Position numbers and translations under genes: made by a program
Assembly: GCA_001179505.1 (NCBI GenBank)
Contig: CDMY01000436.1
Span: 1 to 64,000 of the forward strand
From: Vitrella brassicaformis CCMP3155
Lineage: Eukaryota; Protista; Chromerida
Length of the DNA: 64,000 nucleotides
Direction: 5' to 3'
Shown here: positions 13,101-26,505 of the stretch, in pieces
Layout: every line of letters starts with the position of its first letter
Numbering within the stretch: position 1 is the first letter of the stretch
Notes under the pieces: generated by a model
Told to the model about the DNA's origin: nothing
The model's database searches: none
What the model saw: only the letters and a program-made list of their open reading frames with translations

Positions 13101-13807
13101 GGGCCTCCAGCTGTCCGATGTTGGGAATGGGCACCGACTCAAAGCTGAGCGACTCGAGGGAGCCCTCGCTCATCGTAGTGGATGGCCCCTCCTTCTCGCG
13201 CGCCATTCGACGTCCCACCACATGCCCCTCCACCAGTGCGATGACAGTCCCACGACACCACCCCTGCGCAATCGTGTGGAAGCCATCAGCAACCCCCTCC
13301 GCCCCCTCAGCCGTCCGGGGAAATCGATGCCGGACCCGCTTCAGGTTGATGAGGTGCTTCCCGAGCTCATGAGCCGTCTGCGGGGCTATCTGCTGCCAGG
13401 ATGTTCGTTGGCCTGGGTCGCTGCTGTCGATGGTCAAATCTGTGTGGTGATGCAGGACGGCTTCGCTGAGTGGGGAGGGCAGGGGAGGCGGGAGGGACCA
13501 CACCGGGTTGACCAAGGCGTACACACCAATCTGAAGCTCACGCGGCTGCACACAAGGGCACCACATGGATGGAGAGAAACGGGATGACTGCACCTGTCCA
13601 GATCTTTCTGTGCCGAAGCTTACCACAGGGATGCCGTGCCACCCCTGTTTCCGAATGGCCTGCAGGAAACCACCCACGAAAGCACACAAATGACCTTCCA
13701 TGTCTGCAATGCATCTGTACGTGAAATATGCGTGTGGTTACCGTGAAGGCGGCCTTGACAGCTTCGCTATCAGCCGCGCTGCCAGCGGCAGTAGTGGCGC
13801 CACCCAT
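10115..13807 (-). CDS. Lineage-specific protein with C-terminal TLDc-like domain; two apparent frame breaks
   Basis: Exons from ORFs 12658..13701, 12222..12641, 11299..12645, 11126..11452 and 10649..11101 (the last two join in phase 0, GTAAGT...CAG). C-terminus LLYR|ATEHG...VGGATCLLFLVRSNGDMHGCFID...RMWLGLW...EIDADQIEVFRL resembles TLDc (LLYRAS.HG, FG.F, EIEVF). Frame switches near 12407-12418 and 10371-10375. Start codon uncertain. Confidence 0.7.
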
Positions 13808-14149
13808 TGAACCGGAAGCGGCGTCATTCTGACCACCACCTGCGGCAGGAAGGAATGCGGAGGGGAAAAGTGCAAGGTGCACATGGTTGCGCATCGTTCC
13901 AGCGTCTTTCACCTTCCTGCTGGGAAAGCGGTCGCCAGATGCGTCGCGGCGCCATCTATTGGCTACAACTCGTCAACACCTCCCCTTCGCGACTCTCGAT
14001 CGGGGCCAATAGCCAGGATCATCCTGGCCGATTTTTGGACGCATCCGATTTTGACGGCGCCTCGGCATCTTTGTTGACCGCATGTCTGTTTCTCCTTCCC
14101 TCCCCTCGTTACATCTGTTTCTGTCCATCTACCCACCTGCCATCGGTGC

Positions 14150-14203
14150 CATGCGCCCTTTCATTGTACATCCACATCACACTGACTGACCCCCTCCCTG
14201 TGG
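14150..14203 (-). promoter_or_regulatory. Conserved ~50-bp 3'-flank element (TGTACAATGAA core), copy 2
   Basis: Begins immediately after the GTF3C3-like stop codon; matches 9988-10040. Confidence 0.5.
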
Positions 14204-14205
14204 GA

Positions 14206-17200
14206 TCATTTCCACACGATGTATTTCTTCTGCGCCCGCGCCTGCATCTGGGAAGTCCGCTGGTTGATGAAGATGATGGTGCGGTTGTAAGCAGTGCACT
14301 GAAACCACATAAACACAGACAGAAAGAGAGAGAGAGAGAGTCTTTGTTGCTCTCATCAGCGAGTGTTTGGCTCTCTGACCCTGAGGATCTGGATGATGTC
14401 CTCTGCGTACGGGGGGTCGGGCATCTGTCCAGGGGGGGCCTTGCTGCGGGCCTCTTGTGCTGCCTCCTGCAAGGGGGTCAGCAGCTGCAGCACTTGCCGA
14501 TACATGAGCATCGCCTCGTTGAACACTGAAAGCGCTTGGAACCACCTGCAGGATACATACATTCGCAAGTGACACCAGACGGGCAGACACCATATCTCTG
14601 CCCGTATGTATCTGTGTGCACACGTCGTCTCGTGCTCACCTGCCCTTGTTGTAGCGTATTTCGGCCTCGTAGACAGTCGGCAGCACATGGGAGGCGTGCA
14701 GACCTCCCTCCTTCGCTCCGTCCATCGTGACGTCTCTGCAAGGATCAGAGGTGGGGGTGGGTGGGGGTGGGCCTGGTGGTGCTGCTGCTGCTGCTGCTGC
14801 CGCTGCTGCTGAGGATGATGGCTCTGAGGCGGGTTGTCCTTGCCCTTGCCCCTGCCCTTGCTTCTCCTTCTCCAGCCGCTCTCGCCGCTCCTTGTCCTCG
14901 AGCAGCTTCATGCAGCGGTGCAGCTCGCCGAACAGATGGCGGAGCTCAACATACTTGTACAACATCACCTCCGCCTTCTGCACAACCTCAAGCTTGTCCT
15001 GACGACACAGACGGACAGGTGTGTGCACCCCACACACAGAGGTCTGTCTGTCTGTCTGTCTGTCTGCAGTCACCGTGGTGGTCCGTGAGGTGGCGAGGAG
15101 CGTGTAACAGACGGCGAGGCAGAGTGAGTTGAGGGGATCCTCCGTCTTGAGCAGGTGGGCCTTTGTGTAGGCCTTGACGGCCAGGGGATAGTTGGAAGCC
15201 ATCAGACAGAAGTGGGCGGCGATCATCATGAACCCGTAAGAGTTGGGGTGCTGGTGCAGACGACGCACTATCCACGTCCTGACAGAACAAACACATACAC
15301 ACACACATGTCTTAAGACAGACACATGGACACAAAGGAGGTGCCTGGCTGGCTGGCTGGCTGGCGTGACCTACCTACCTCAGGTCGCGAACATGCGGGAT
15401 GCGGTGCACAGCTGTGGTGACGGCCGGTGTGTATGGGTGCATGAAGAGCAGCCAGCAGAAGGCCTCGAGCACTTTGGTCGGTGGCGCCACCACCTTGTTG
15501 CCCCGCACCGAGGTCCGCACCAGCACCCACTTGACGCGCTTCAAGGCCACCGTCTGCAGCTCACGGCCGCCGGACATACAACACTCTGTGGTGGGACGCA
15601 CATGACATTGAATCACACAAGAAAATGGATGCCTCTCTCTCCTCTCTCTCCCTGTGTGTTGCTCGCAGGGCCCACCCAATGAGAATTTCCGCAGCTGGAT
15701 GAGGAAGGCCTTTTTGGGTTTGTCGATCGCGTCCCCCGAGTGCAGGCGGAGTTTCCTGTGTGATGCGACGATCTCCTCCATGAGCCTGACGCCCTCCGCC
15801 ACCCGACCTGCCCGCCTCATCAGGTCGACGCCCTTGCAGATGAGGGAGCCATAGCCCTCATAGCCTACCAAATCCTCGACAGACTTGAGACCCAGCTCCT
15901 CTGAAAGGCCAACCAAGATAACAAGACAATGAACACACACATGGTGCGGCTGCAGGCCTCCCCCGATCCGTTCGTTCCCCAACCCACCTTTGCTCTTGCT
16001 GATCATGACGTGAGAGAAAAGCTTGTCCGTGCCAGTCCACTGCCCCCCCGCAGCCCTCCTTTTGCCCCTCCCCGCCCCGCTGCCCCGCCGCTTCCGCTTC
16101 TTGCTCTTCATCACAAACAGCCCATCCTCCCCCTCCTCGCCAAGCAAGTCACTGTCGTCCTCATCCAAACCGACCGCGGCGCTCTCATCCTGCCGAGCGA
16201 TCAGCCGCGAGGCGCGCGCGACGTCCAACTCTGAGTCGCGCACTAGGTGCAGGAAGTGCTGTATGCACTCGGTGATGGGGGGGAGGAGGGGATGGGTGGT
16301 CGGCAGGGGGGCGGGGGAGGTCTGGGAGAGGAGGGTCTCGAGCTCGCTCTGCAGACGGTGGAGCAGGTCCTGTCGCTGCTGTGTGGTCAGTGCCCTGATA
16401 ACGGACAACACAACACGCACAGTGAAGCCGAATGAGCGGCATCAGGCATATATTTGTTCGGTAAAACCGTACTTTGGGATTTGTTTGGCCTCCATGATCT
16501 GGCGGAAGTTGAGCGAGAAGGAAATGGCGTCGGCGTCTGCCCTCCTGCCCAGCCGCTGGTACACGTCAGCCAGCGGTGCGGCGATCTCGGGCGGCATGTT
16601 CTCGTAGCTGGGGGCGCCGAGCAGCTTCAGAGCAGTCTCGAGAAGCTCCGCTGCCTGCGCATACTGCCCCAGCTTGATGTGACAGTAGGCAAGCTTTGAC
16701 CACACCTGCAGACAGACATCGACACACAGCCAATTTGTGTGCGGCCTGCCCTCATCAGGTTAGGTGTGCAGTGCAGACCTCAATCTCGTTTCTGGTGAGT
16801 GAGAGCTGGAGGCTGTCGACGGGGAGCTTCTGCACGAGCATCAGTGCCTGCTGGTGCTGCTGGGGGCCGCCGTCCGCGAGCGCATCCGCCATGGACAGAT
16901 ACAGATCGGCGTGTGTGCTGGCGGGGTAGTGCTGCAGCACCTCCAGCACGTCGTCCGCAAGGGCATACTGACGCACACACATCACACAACATACATACAG
17001 AAGGAGAAATAAAGAGAGAGATGAGGACACAACACACTTCATGGACATACGTATGTATGTGTACCTACCTTCTGCAGGTGGCACGCGGCGACCCCGAGTT
17101 TGGTGACTAGGTCGGCGGGGAAGGTGTTGAGCGGCCTGTCCTGGAAGAGGCTCGTGAGGGTGTCGAAGGCCTTGCTGTACTCCTTCTGGGTGATGTACAG

Positions 17201-19205
17201 CTCGCACAGCATGTTGAGCGTGTTGGGGTCCACCTCTGCCGACGAATCCAGCACATCCTCCAACACCTGGGTTACCGCACCGCACGCACAGGCAAGGAAA
17301 CTCTTTCTGTCTGTGTGGGTGGTGTGCGCCGTGCCGTATTTGCTGACCTTGATGGCCTCGATCCGCCTGTCCAGCTTGTGGTACACCTTGGCCAGCTCAC
17401 GACCGACATCGGGATCACCTGAAGCAAGCAATAACACACCACATGACGACAGACACGACTTGGAGCCAAGTCGCCCCAATAGGGAGGGGAGGCCGCCGAT
17501 CACCTACCTTTGTGCACGTCGAACAGCGCTTGCAAGTGATTGGCAGCCTTGACGCTGTCCTCGCGACCGCCCTGCACACAGATACAGCCGCCCAATGCCT
17601 GTCTGTCTGTCTGTCCGTCTGTCTGCTACCTTAGCCAGGTGGCAAAGGGCCATTTCCCACGTGACGGTCTGGCGCTTCTGGGTGTCATCCTTGGGCACGT
17701 TGACCAAACAACGCCCGTAACAGTGAATCGCCTGCTGCAGGTCGCCTGCGTGAACGAACGCACACGCGCCTGTCTGTCTCCATGCAGGCAGGCACGTGTT
17801 TCCATTCACACCACACCCACCCACCCACCGATTTCCTGTGCGAGCCTTGCGACGTTGAGCCACTGGTCCTCGTCCCTCTGCACCAGGCTGGCGGCGATGA
17901 GGTAGAAGTGGACGGCCTTCTTCTTGTCGCCCAGCTCCTCGTAGATGAGGCCCAGTGTGTGGAAGGGGTCCGACAGCCCGGGGGCCCGCCGCACGATCTC
18001 GTTGAGCACCGTGATGGCCTGCTGGTGCTGCTTGTTCAGGAAATACTCGTTGGCCTCGCCGTACATCTTGGCAATCTGATCAATGGGAACATGTGTGTGT
18101 GGATGGAATGGCTGTGTGATGGGTGGGTGCATGGGGTAAGGTGGGGTAGTTGGCCGCTGACTGACCTCTGGGGACATCTTGGTGGGCTGCGAGGCGAAGT
18201 ACTTTTTCTTCTTTCTCCTCTTGGCCTTCGCTTTGTCCTCACCACCTTCTGTGCGAACACCACACACAGGCAGACAGACAGACAGACCGAGACGCTGCAT
18301 CTGGTCAGTCGGCGTATCACAATCTCTGCTTACCTCCAGCAGCACCAGCAGCTGCAGCCGCCGCCGCCGCCGCCTTGGCTTTGGGTTTGCCCTTTCGTTT
18401 CTTGGGTGCGCCTGGCTCGCCGGGCCCGCCGGTGAGGAACTCATCCACCTCACTCGATGAGGCAGACGACTCCTCCAGCGCACCACTGACACACAGACAC
18501 ATAGACGCACACAAAACAAACAGAGGGACAGCACGTTGCGGGCAAGCCGTCTGTGTGTCGATTGGGTGTGTGTGGTGTCCATACGTACAGTTCCGACTCT
18601 GAGGATCGTAGGCTTTCGTCTGACGGCTTGTCCTCAAACGGGTCGTAGTCCTCATCCGCTATGCTATCATCTTCCTCCTGATGACCACGATGATGAATGC
18701 CACAGGACACACAGGATGAAGAACACATGAGTGCGTGCATGCAGACAGACCCACCGCCCGACGCCCTCACCTCGCTTTCCACATCTCCGCCCTCGCCCTC
18801 CAGGAAGAAATCCAAGTCCTCATCATCGACGCCCTCCTCGTCATCCTCCTCCTCGTCCTCAACTCCACCGGCCCCTTCCCCCGCTGCTGCAGAAGCTGCA
18901 GCCGCCGCTGCCCCAGAAGAAGCCTCAGCGCCCTCTCCCAGCGACACATCCATCATATCCTCCCCCTCCATCTCCGCCATCTGCCGCTTCCTCGACGCCC
19001 GAGGCCCTCTCTTGGCCTTGGCCTTGGCAGACTTGGCCTTCGCCGCGCCCTTGGTGCGCGCCTTCGGCTGGCTCTGCTGCAGCTGCGGCAGGATGGACGC
19101 CATATGTGCCATCGCGTCGTCGTCCTCGGCCAGCGGCTGGTCGGGAAAAACGATGGGACGCGCCTTGGCGCTGGCAACGCTGCGGCGAGAGCGAGGCGCA
19201 CTCAT
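14206..19205 (-). CDS. GTF3C3: General transcription factor IIIC TPR subunit (GTF3C3 / Tfc4 / tau131-like)
   Basis: Acidic N-terminus followed by TPRs GEANEYFLNKQHQQAITVLNEIVRRAPGLSDPFHTLGLIYEELGDKKKAVHFYLIAASL, DLQQAIHCYGRCL, WSKLAYCHIKLGQYAQAAELLETAL; C-terminal EAEIRYNKGRWFQALSVFNEAMLMYRQVL and ALAYNHRTIIF match the GTF3C3 C-terminal TPR block; stop at 14206. Confidence 0.85.
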
Positions 19206-19399
19206 GATGAAAACTCACCACGGCGATGAATCGGGAAGGCTCAGGAGCAGCAGACACCGTTCATTTGGTTTGGTTTGGTCATTCTTCCTTCCCCTCGTGC
19301 CGCTTAGCTCGCAGACTTTGGCGAGCTTTGAGAAAGATCTGCGCATTTTATCTGCATTCCCCGGCGTCTGCGACCCCGAGCAAGGCTGTGCAGCTGAAG

Positions 19400-22019
19400 A
19401 TGCCATTGAATATCTTCAAGGTGTTCAAGAAGACCAAGTTCGTCCGCCCAGCATCGCTGCAGGACCAGGTGCCAGTGCACGATGTTGCCGCCAGCCTGGA
19501 GCGAGGCCTCGCGTCAAGGCCCAAGCCGCGGAATCTGCACCAGGACATTGAGGGCTTTCTGCCCTTTGGCGTGGTCCTCGCCATCACATCCACAGCGTCT
19601 GCAGCGGCCTGGGCGGCCCTGTTCTTCTGCTGGCACAAATTCGACAAGGAAGAAGTGCCCTACGGTGAGTGCATTAATGCCCTATACTGCAGATGATCCA
19701 ATGGGCAGGAGTGTATCATCTATCTGGGTCGGGATGAGTTGCTCGCTCCTCAGGTATGCTGCAGCAGGTGCTCTCATCCCGCATCGTGTCCCATCTTGGC
19801 CCCTACTGCCTGCCGCACATCGTCCGCTCCCCTGTGCACGACACCGCCCTCAACCTTGTGGCCGATGACCTTATCCTGGACCACGAGCGCAGCAACGCTC
19901 TCGACGTCATCGAGGGCATCACGCAGCGGCGGGCGGCCGTCAGGGAGCTGCTAAGGATAAAAGAGGAGCAGGTGGCGGATGGGCTGCTCTCATACAAGGC
20001 CTCACCGACCGGTGTGTTGGTATATACATGAAGGGCAGATCCATGCACCCACAGTCATGTGTGCCCGCGTGTATAGGTCTTGATTCGGCCGTCAAGCCGA
20101 GCGACTTCGGCGGGGATGACAATGACGAGACGGAGGGGCTGGTGCGGCGGGGCCTGATGTGTTTCTGGCCGGTCGTGAAGGACCTGGTGAGGAACCAGAC
20201 GCTGGGTGGCGCGAGCAAGCCGTACTCGCACCTGGAGTCGCAGACCAGGATCATCCTCGACCTCATTGCCGAAATGCCGCCAGAGGTAGCCAGCCACATG
20301 AGCATTCACACATCCATCCATCCATCCATCCAAGCATCATGGCATGGCGTGCTGCGTGTGTCTGTGCGTGCGTGTGCAGGACCGTGAGGTGCCGTATTGG
20401 TGGCTGAAGGCCCTGGTCAACCAGCACTCAAAGCTTTGGGGACAGACGCCCAGCAATGAGGAGCTCAGGGCCACACTCCTCTGCAAGCTATTGCAGGTTT
20501 GCGAGGGGCGACGAGAACAGACAGACAGATAGACAGACTCCTTCCTTCCCCTCCCCTCCCCCCTCACTGCTTGTTGCCTGTCTGTCTGTGCAGTGCCCCG
20601 CCAACTGCGTCAAGGTCTACCATCGCGAGTTCGACGACTTCATGGCCAAGCTCACTTATGACGACGAACCCGAAACAGTGCCATCACCACCTTCGCAACA
20701 GAGTGCTGCACCCAGCAGCAGCAGCAGCAGCAGCAAACGTGGCGACACGGCTTCCGGCGAGCGTCTGGGCGACAAGGAGGACATGCCAGAGAGCACGGAG
20801 GCGAGCAGCAGAGCCACGACGGCCACGGAGCCGCCCCCTGTCCTGGTGATGGAGTACCTCTATCAGCCGGGGAGGGTGGTCTACTGGGGCGGCATCATGG
20901 TAGGGCGACTGAGACAGCGAGAGGCAGGCAGGTCATCCATGTGCTGTGCTTGGTGTGGGTGTGGGTACGCAGGGACTTAGCCACTGGCTTCTCTCTGGCG
21001 AGCAGCACGACCTTTATCGCAGGGCCATCCGGCTGATCAATCGCAGCGTCAAACGACACTACTACGCACAACATCAGCAGCAGCAACAGCAGCAAGAGGC
21101 GCAAGAGACCGCCTCCCCCGCCCCACACACACCAGCCCCATTGCCATCCTCCGAGCAAGAAGCTTTCCGTCTGGACCGGCTTCTTAGCGCCGCGATGTTC
21201 ACTGAGGGCAACAAGGAGATGGACGAGCCAAAGGACGACGGGAGAGGGGAGGGTGACGAGGGCAGCAAGAGCTGGGAGCTGCCCAAGGGCACAGAGGAAG
21301 TGCTGACGCTGCCAGTGCCTTTGCCGCGAGAAAGGAAGAGTCGGTCGCTGCAGACCAAGATGGCTTTGAGGGTGCAGGAGACCAATATGGAGATCTGTGC
21401 GCTGGTGGCCCTTCTCTCGCTGGTCTTCAAGGGGCACATCAGGAAGGAAGTCTTCTGGCCAATCGTGAGAGCTTAGCTTGACTGAGATGAGAGAGGCAGG
21501 ACAGAGAACCTTCCTTTGTGAGTGCTGTTCTGTGTTGTGTGTGTGTGTGTGCAGCTGATGAAGGGCGTAAGGCGTTGCGTGACGGGTTTCGCAGTGCTGG
21601 AGCTGCTGTGGCGGGCGCAGGAGTACATCATCCAGACGGACAGATACTACAACGACCCGCAGTTCATGGTTGGTAATCATGACAACCACACACACACACA
21701 CACACACAAGAGACAGACGCACAGGCCAGACTTTTCCTCCGCCTGTTCAGCTGTTGACCAGCGCGGCGATGTGTGTGACCAACGTCCTGACGTGGTCGAG
21801 GATATTCAGCACACACAGATATGGTGGGTGGGTGGGCGAGGAGGGGGGCAGCACGGGACGCTCTTTGCTGAGCTCTTGCTGCTATCTATGCCGTGTGGTG
21901 CTCTGCTCTGCTCTGCTCTTGCTGCTATGTCGTGTGGTTTGGTGTGTGCAGTGTTTGGGCCTTACCTGTTTATACGGACCGTCAAGGACGGCTCATCTGA
22001 CGCATACAGGCACTTATGA
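19400..22019 (+). CDS. Multi-exon hypothetical protein with N-terminal hydrophobic segment (probable membrane / organellar)
   Basis: MPLNIFKVFKKTKFVRP... then hydrophobic FLPFGVVLAITSTASAAAWAALFFCW; about 9 phase-compatible exons ending RYVFGPYLFIRTVKDGSSDAYRHL* at 22019. No family recognised. Confidence 0.65.
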
Positions 22020-22516
22020 GCGTGTCGATGTGTGTGGGTATGTGTCGGTATCGCTCGTGCTGATTGATGGACCTATCTACTGGTGCGGTGCGCACCTGCC
22101 AATGTCCAATGTGCTGTGTGTGTGTGGCTGTGCATTTCGGTGGTGTACATTGACTGACCTACCTGCCCGCAGCGACCGACATGAAGTTGCCTTGTAAGAG
22201 GCCATTCATGAAGTCACAACTGTCAGCCTACCGGTTATCATCCCTCCCCCCTGCAGCTATACACGATACATATAACACACACATCCATCCATCCAGCCAG
22301 CCGTGTGCCCACCTCCTCCCTCCCTCCCTTATCTACATCCACTCACACACACACACACACACCACTCACTCACTAGCCAGCCACACACGCACACAGCCTT
22401 CACTCATGCACTTGACAGCAAGACAGCAAAACCCTCCCGAGCAACGAACGCATCAAACCCATGCATGCATTGGGTCATCATCCCTCCCTCTCTCCCTCCG
22501 TCCCTCCGTCCGTCCC

Positions 22517-23691
22517 TCACGCGACGCTACAGTTGAATGGGAATCGGGATTTCTTGCCGCCCGTCCGCTGCACCTTCGGCTTCTTGTGCAGAGATATCGG
22601 GGCGCTCGGGCTGGACGCAGACGACGGCACGCCGCCCTGCCGTCACAACAACACATCACAACACAACACAACACACACTCACCCGAGATGAGCAGCATGA
22701 AAAGATCAATACACTAACTGAGTGGAGCCGCGGCTGTAAATGTATGTATACCGACCGGTGTGAAAGATGGGTTGGCGTCGCCCCCTGCGGCCGCCTGAGG
22801 CGACGCGCCACTGGACGTCCCGCTCGACGCTGGAGGGGCCGTGGATGCCAACTCCTGGACATACACACAGCACACATCACACAGAAACCGCAACACAGAC
22901 AGAGTGTCTGTCCGCCCGGCCGTGTGGTGTGTGTCGTGGGTAAGAGTACTTTAATGTCTGTGATTTGTTTCTGCTGCAGGGCCGCCTCGCCCCCCCGGCG
23001 GAGGAACTCATCTCCCAGGTACTCAAACACCTCCGACACGTTCAGATTGTCCTTGACACACGTCCTGCACGGCATGCAGCACAAGACACACAGACAGACA
23101 GACACACACGACAGAGAGAATCGAGCTTGTCTGTCTGCTGTGTCACTCGCTTTGCCCCCATACGTGCTGCTGCACATGTGCGTGTACCGGTATAGTTTGA
23201 GCGACAGTTTCCTCGCCAACCCCTCCACCTCGCCAGCGCTCATCTCAGCCTGAGAACAACACAAAGGTCATCTCAGCGCCGGTCGCTCTCCCCACCCTGC
23301 TGGCTGACATGACCCACCTGGTCGAGCAGGTCCACTTTGTTCTGCACCAGCGCCATTGCAATGGGGCCGCACTCCTCCGCCACCTTGCTGCACCAAATAC
23401 ACCAACACAGAGGAATCGCCCCTCCTTCGCATCTTCCATCCATCCATCCATCCATGTGCCTCCCTCCTCACTCACGCACTCACTTGTGCCACCTCTCGAC
23501 GGCGTCGAAGCTGTTCCTATCGTTGGTGCTAAAGCTGACTATGGCCGCCCCGGCGCCCTTGTAATACGCACGGGTGACGGCGTCGTACTCCTCCTGCCCG
23601 GCCGTGTCCCACAGCAGGAAGGTGATCTCCTCGCCCGTCGACTTGAGCGTCGTCCGCTTCTCCAGGAAATCTACCTGACGACCACCGCCCG

Positions 23692-23725
<34 letters not shown>

Positions 23726-23902
23726 GCACATCAGCCGGCGGATCTGTGGTGGTTGTGGCTGCCTTTGGCTCACAGCGAGTGTCTTCTTGTAGTCGTCTGT
23801 GAAGACGCCCTTTGCGAATCGTGTGATCATGGAGGTCTTGCCCACTTTGCCATTGCCGACCACTATCACCTTGAGCGTCGTCTCAAAGTCCTCCTCTATC
23901 AT
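22517..23902 (-). CDS. RAB23: Rab23-like small GTPase
   Basis: MIEEDFETTLKVIVVGNGKVGKTSMITRFAKGVFTDDYKKTLA|VDFLEK, WDTAGQEEYDAVTRAYYKGA, VQNKVDL, TCVKDNLNVSEVFEYL and C-terminal VQRTGGKKSRFPFNCSVA* (CaaX). The GNG.VGK.SMI.R..KG.FT.DYKKT, VQNK.DL and TSVK-like G5 features are diagnostic of Rab23. Confidence 0.92.
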
Positions 23903-24483
23903 CGCTATACCAGCCTGCACAACTCCTCAAACAGGCCAGAACAAGCCGAGAGCGACGCCTGACGCCACTCTTTCTTTAAAAGCTATGGCTCCTTCCGTCT
24001 TGGATGCACCAGAACACCCGTATGAGGACGTCCGAAAGGCACAGAAAGCTGCATCGGCTTCCTCGGATGTGTTCGACCGTGATCGCGGAGGAGGCGAAAT
24101 TAGGGGAAAAGCCAAAGGCGAAGGTGCTGCCATGCTCACGCCACCATCAGCTGCCGAAGTCTCTTATCTCAACTCATAACAAGCCGCCGCTCCTCCCTGG
24201 TGACGACTGTGACGACCTGACGAGAGGGCCTGCAGGAGGTCCACGGCTCTTCAAAAGGGCGCCTCTCGAACAGCAGGAGGTCAGCGAGGAGGGAAGGCAA
24301 GGCACGGGCTCACGCATCGGCTGCCATGTGCATGTGTCTGTGTTGGTTTCTTCTGGCGTCGCAGGCAGGTGGCTGTGAGTGACACTGTGTGTGTTGTATC
24401 CCATGCATTGGTGATACGTACTGTCCGTCTGAGAGAAAGCGCCCGGCAGACAAGGTCAAGCAGACAGCAGATGATGGAATGAG

Positions 24484-26505
24484 ATGTCTGGTGCCAAGGA
24501 GCGAAGGAAGGGTGTGTGGCAGCCCGTTCAGCCCACACGATCCTCGCTGCTCGCCATAGACCAGATGATCGCACGGCTGGACACCGCCAGGACATACGCT
24601 CAGGAGAAGGTGGGTGGGGGGGTGGGTGCTCTGACAATGGATGGCATTTAATTGTGCAAGTCTCTTGATCTGGCCACCATACATACACAGGTGCTCAAGC
24701 GTGGGCGCCCCAACCTACCCTCTCTCGGCTCTCTCGCTAGGGCCAACGCCGCGCTGGATAGCTACAGGGCCGGCCTAGTAGACGACATCAATAGCCAGCT
24801 GCAGGTAGGTGTGTATGATGTGTGTGTGCCGTACACACAGATGTATGGCGTGGTGTGGTGTGGTGTGGTGTGTGCGGCCGGCAGGGGGCGATTGGTGTTG
24901 CTGATGTGCGCCATTTCTCCCCTGGTTCACAGAAAATCTCCCAACAGGTACACACATTCACACGCTGATCTGATCCATCATGAAGCCACACTGTCTGTCT
25001 GTCTGTCTGTCTGTGTTGCCTGTCTGGCTGTTGTCGTGTGTGTGAATCCAGGTTGGCGGGCAGCCTGCCCACGAACCGGATGCCGCCACAGGTATGTACC
25101 CTTCTGCAGGCAGAAGTGTGGACGCACTCAGATACCAGCTGTGGGGTGTGTGTGTAGTTTCGCTGACAGATGGTGCTGGATACCCCTCGGAGCTGTTCAG
25201 ACAGCCAGACGCCGTTCTCGAGAAGATCGTCGACCAGCTGCCCGCCCCGGATCTCGCCACCTACCGTGCCACCTCAGCCGACTCCGCACACACCGCCGAC
25301 AGGACCTACCTCAACCGGCGGCTCCAAGGGCACTTGCACACCCAGGGCCTGGCGGACGTCCTGCGGCTGGACATTCGTCGGAACGAGTATCTCCTGGAGG
25401 CTGTCGACATGATAGAGGGGTCCGCGGGCGGGCCGGGGAGGCGGCAGAAGGGGGGGTGGCGGGGTGGCATGTGGGCGCCCCATCTACGGCTGGCGAGGCA
25501 CCATGGGTGGGTGGAGTCGCTACCCATCACCGTGAGGGGCAGTGACTTCGACAACCTCGAGCTCGACGTCCGCCGTCTGCAGCTCGCCGACCACCAGGAG
25601 CTCCCCGAGGCCATGCGGCAGTACATGCTGATGGGGCGGTCCATCACGCACGATGATGATCCCCCGCTGACCCCTGGCACGACGGACGACACATACCAGC
25701 TGGGCGGCCACAGGATGGGCTACGTCGGGATGTACTATCGCCCGTCGACGCTGCCCCAGGACTACCCCTTCGATCGCGATGATTTCGACAGCGACGATCC
25801 CCCGTGCCTGGGTGAGGGGAGCGGGAGGGAACGAAAAGGTCAGGCCTGAGATGCATTCATTGCGTCCGTATGGCTTTTGTGTGTATACGTGTGCGCAGCC
25901 CCACTGGATCCGGGCATCAAGGAGCTTCCGATCGTGACCTTTCCCAGGTTCTCAGATCGCATCCTAGACCGGTCGGTGTGTAAACACAAACAAGGCACTC
26001 ACTCTATGCGTGTGTGTGTGGTGTCATTCATGTGTGTCTGTCTGTCTGTGTGTCACCACCAGCATCCAGACGGCCAGGTGCAGGGTGGTCATGTGCAGCA
26101 CCTTCCACCGCAGTGACGTTCGGTACGAGCGCTGCATCCAGATACTGGACCAGATAGCCCGCAAGCGCCTGCCCATATGGGGCAGCACAACCGTCGTCCA
26201 ACACTCTCTGGGCGGTAGGTAGGAAAGAGGGAAATGACCGACGACACACACACAGACCAGACCACGTATGTGTGTGTTGGTTGTTATGTGTGTCAGTGCT
26301 GGTGACGCTGTGTGGTGCCGAGCGCGATGACGCCTTCGCCATGCACGTGTCCATCACCAAGAGCGCCACTCAGAAGGACGAGCTCACCGTCCTGCTCCGG
26401 TCGACCGAGCGCTGGGAGTATGTTGGCGACCAGTTTGCCCTCAGCCTGGGGATAGCCAAGGACAAGATGGGCAAGGATTTCACGCCCTTGTTCGACCAGC
26501 TGTAG
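24484..26505 (+). CDS. Lineage-specific F-box-like family protein, paralog 1
   Basis: Exons MSGAKERRK...IDQMIARLDTARTYAQEK|VLKRGRP...; F-box-like LFRQPDAVLEKIVDQLPAPDLATYRATS; motif WAPHLRLARHHGWVESLP; later PIWGSTT and DAFAMHVSIT; stop 26505. Start uncertain. Confidence 0.7.

Noticed and set aside
1673-13587. Many long overlapping antisense or alternate-frame ORFs in the track
   Set aside because: Shadows of real GC-rich coding exons on the other strand or frame; no independent motifs.
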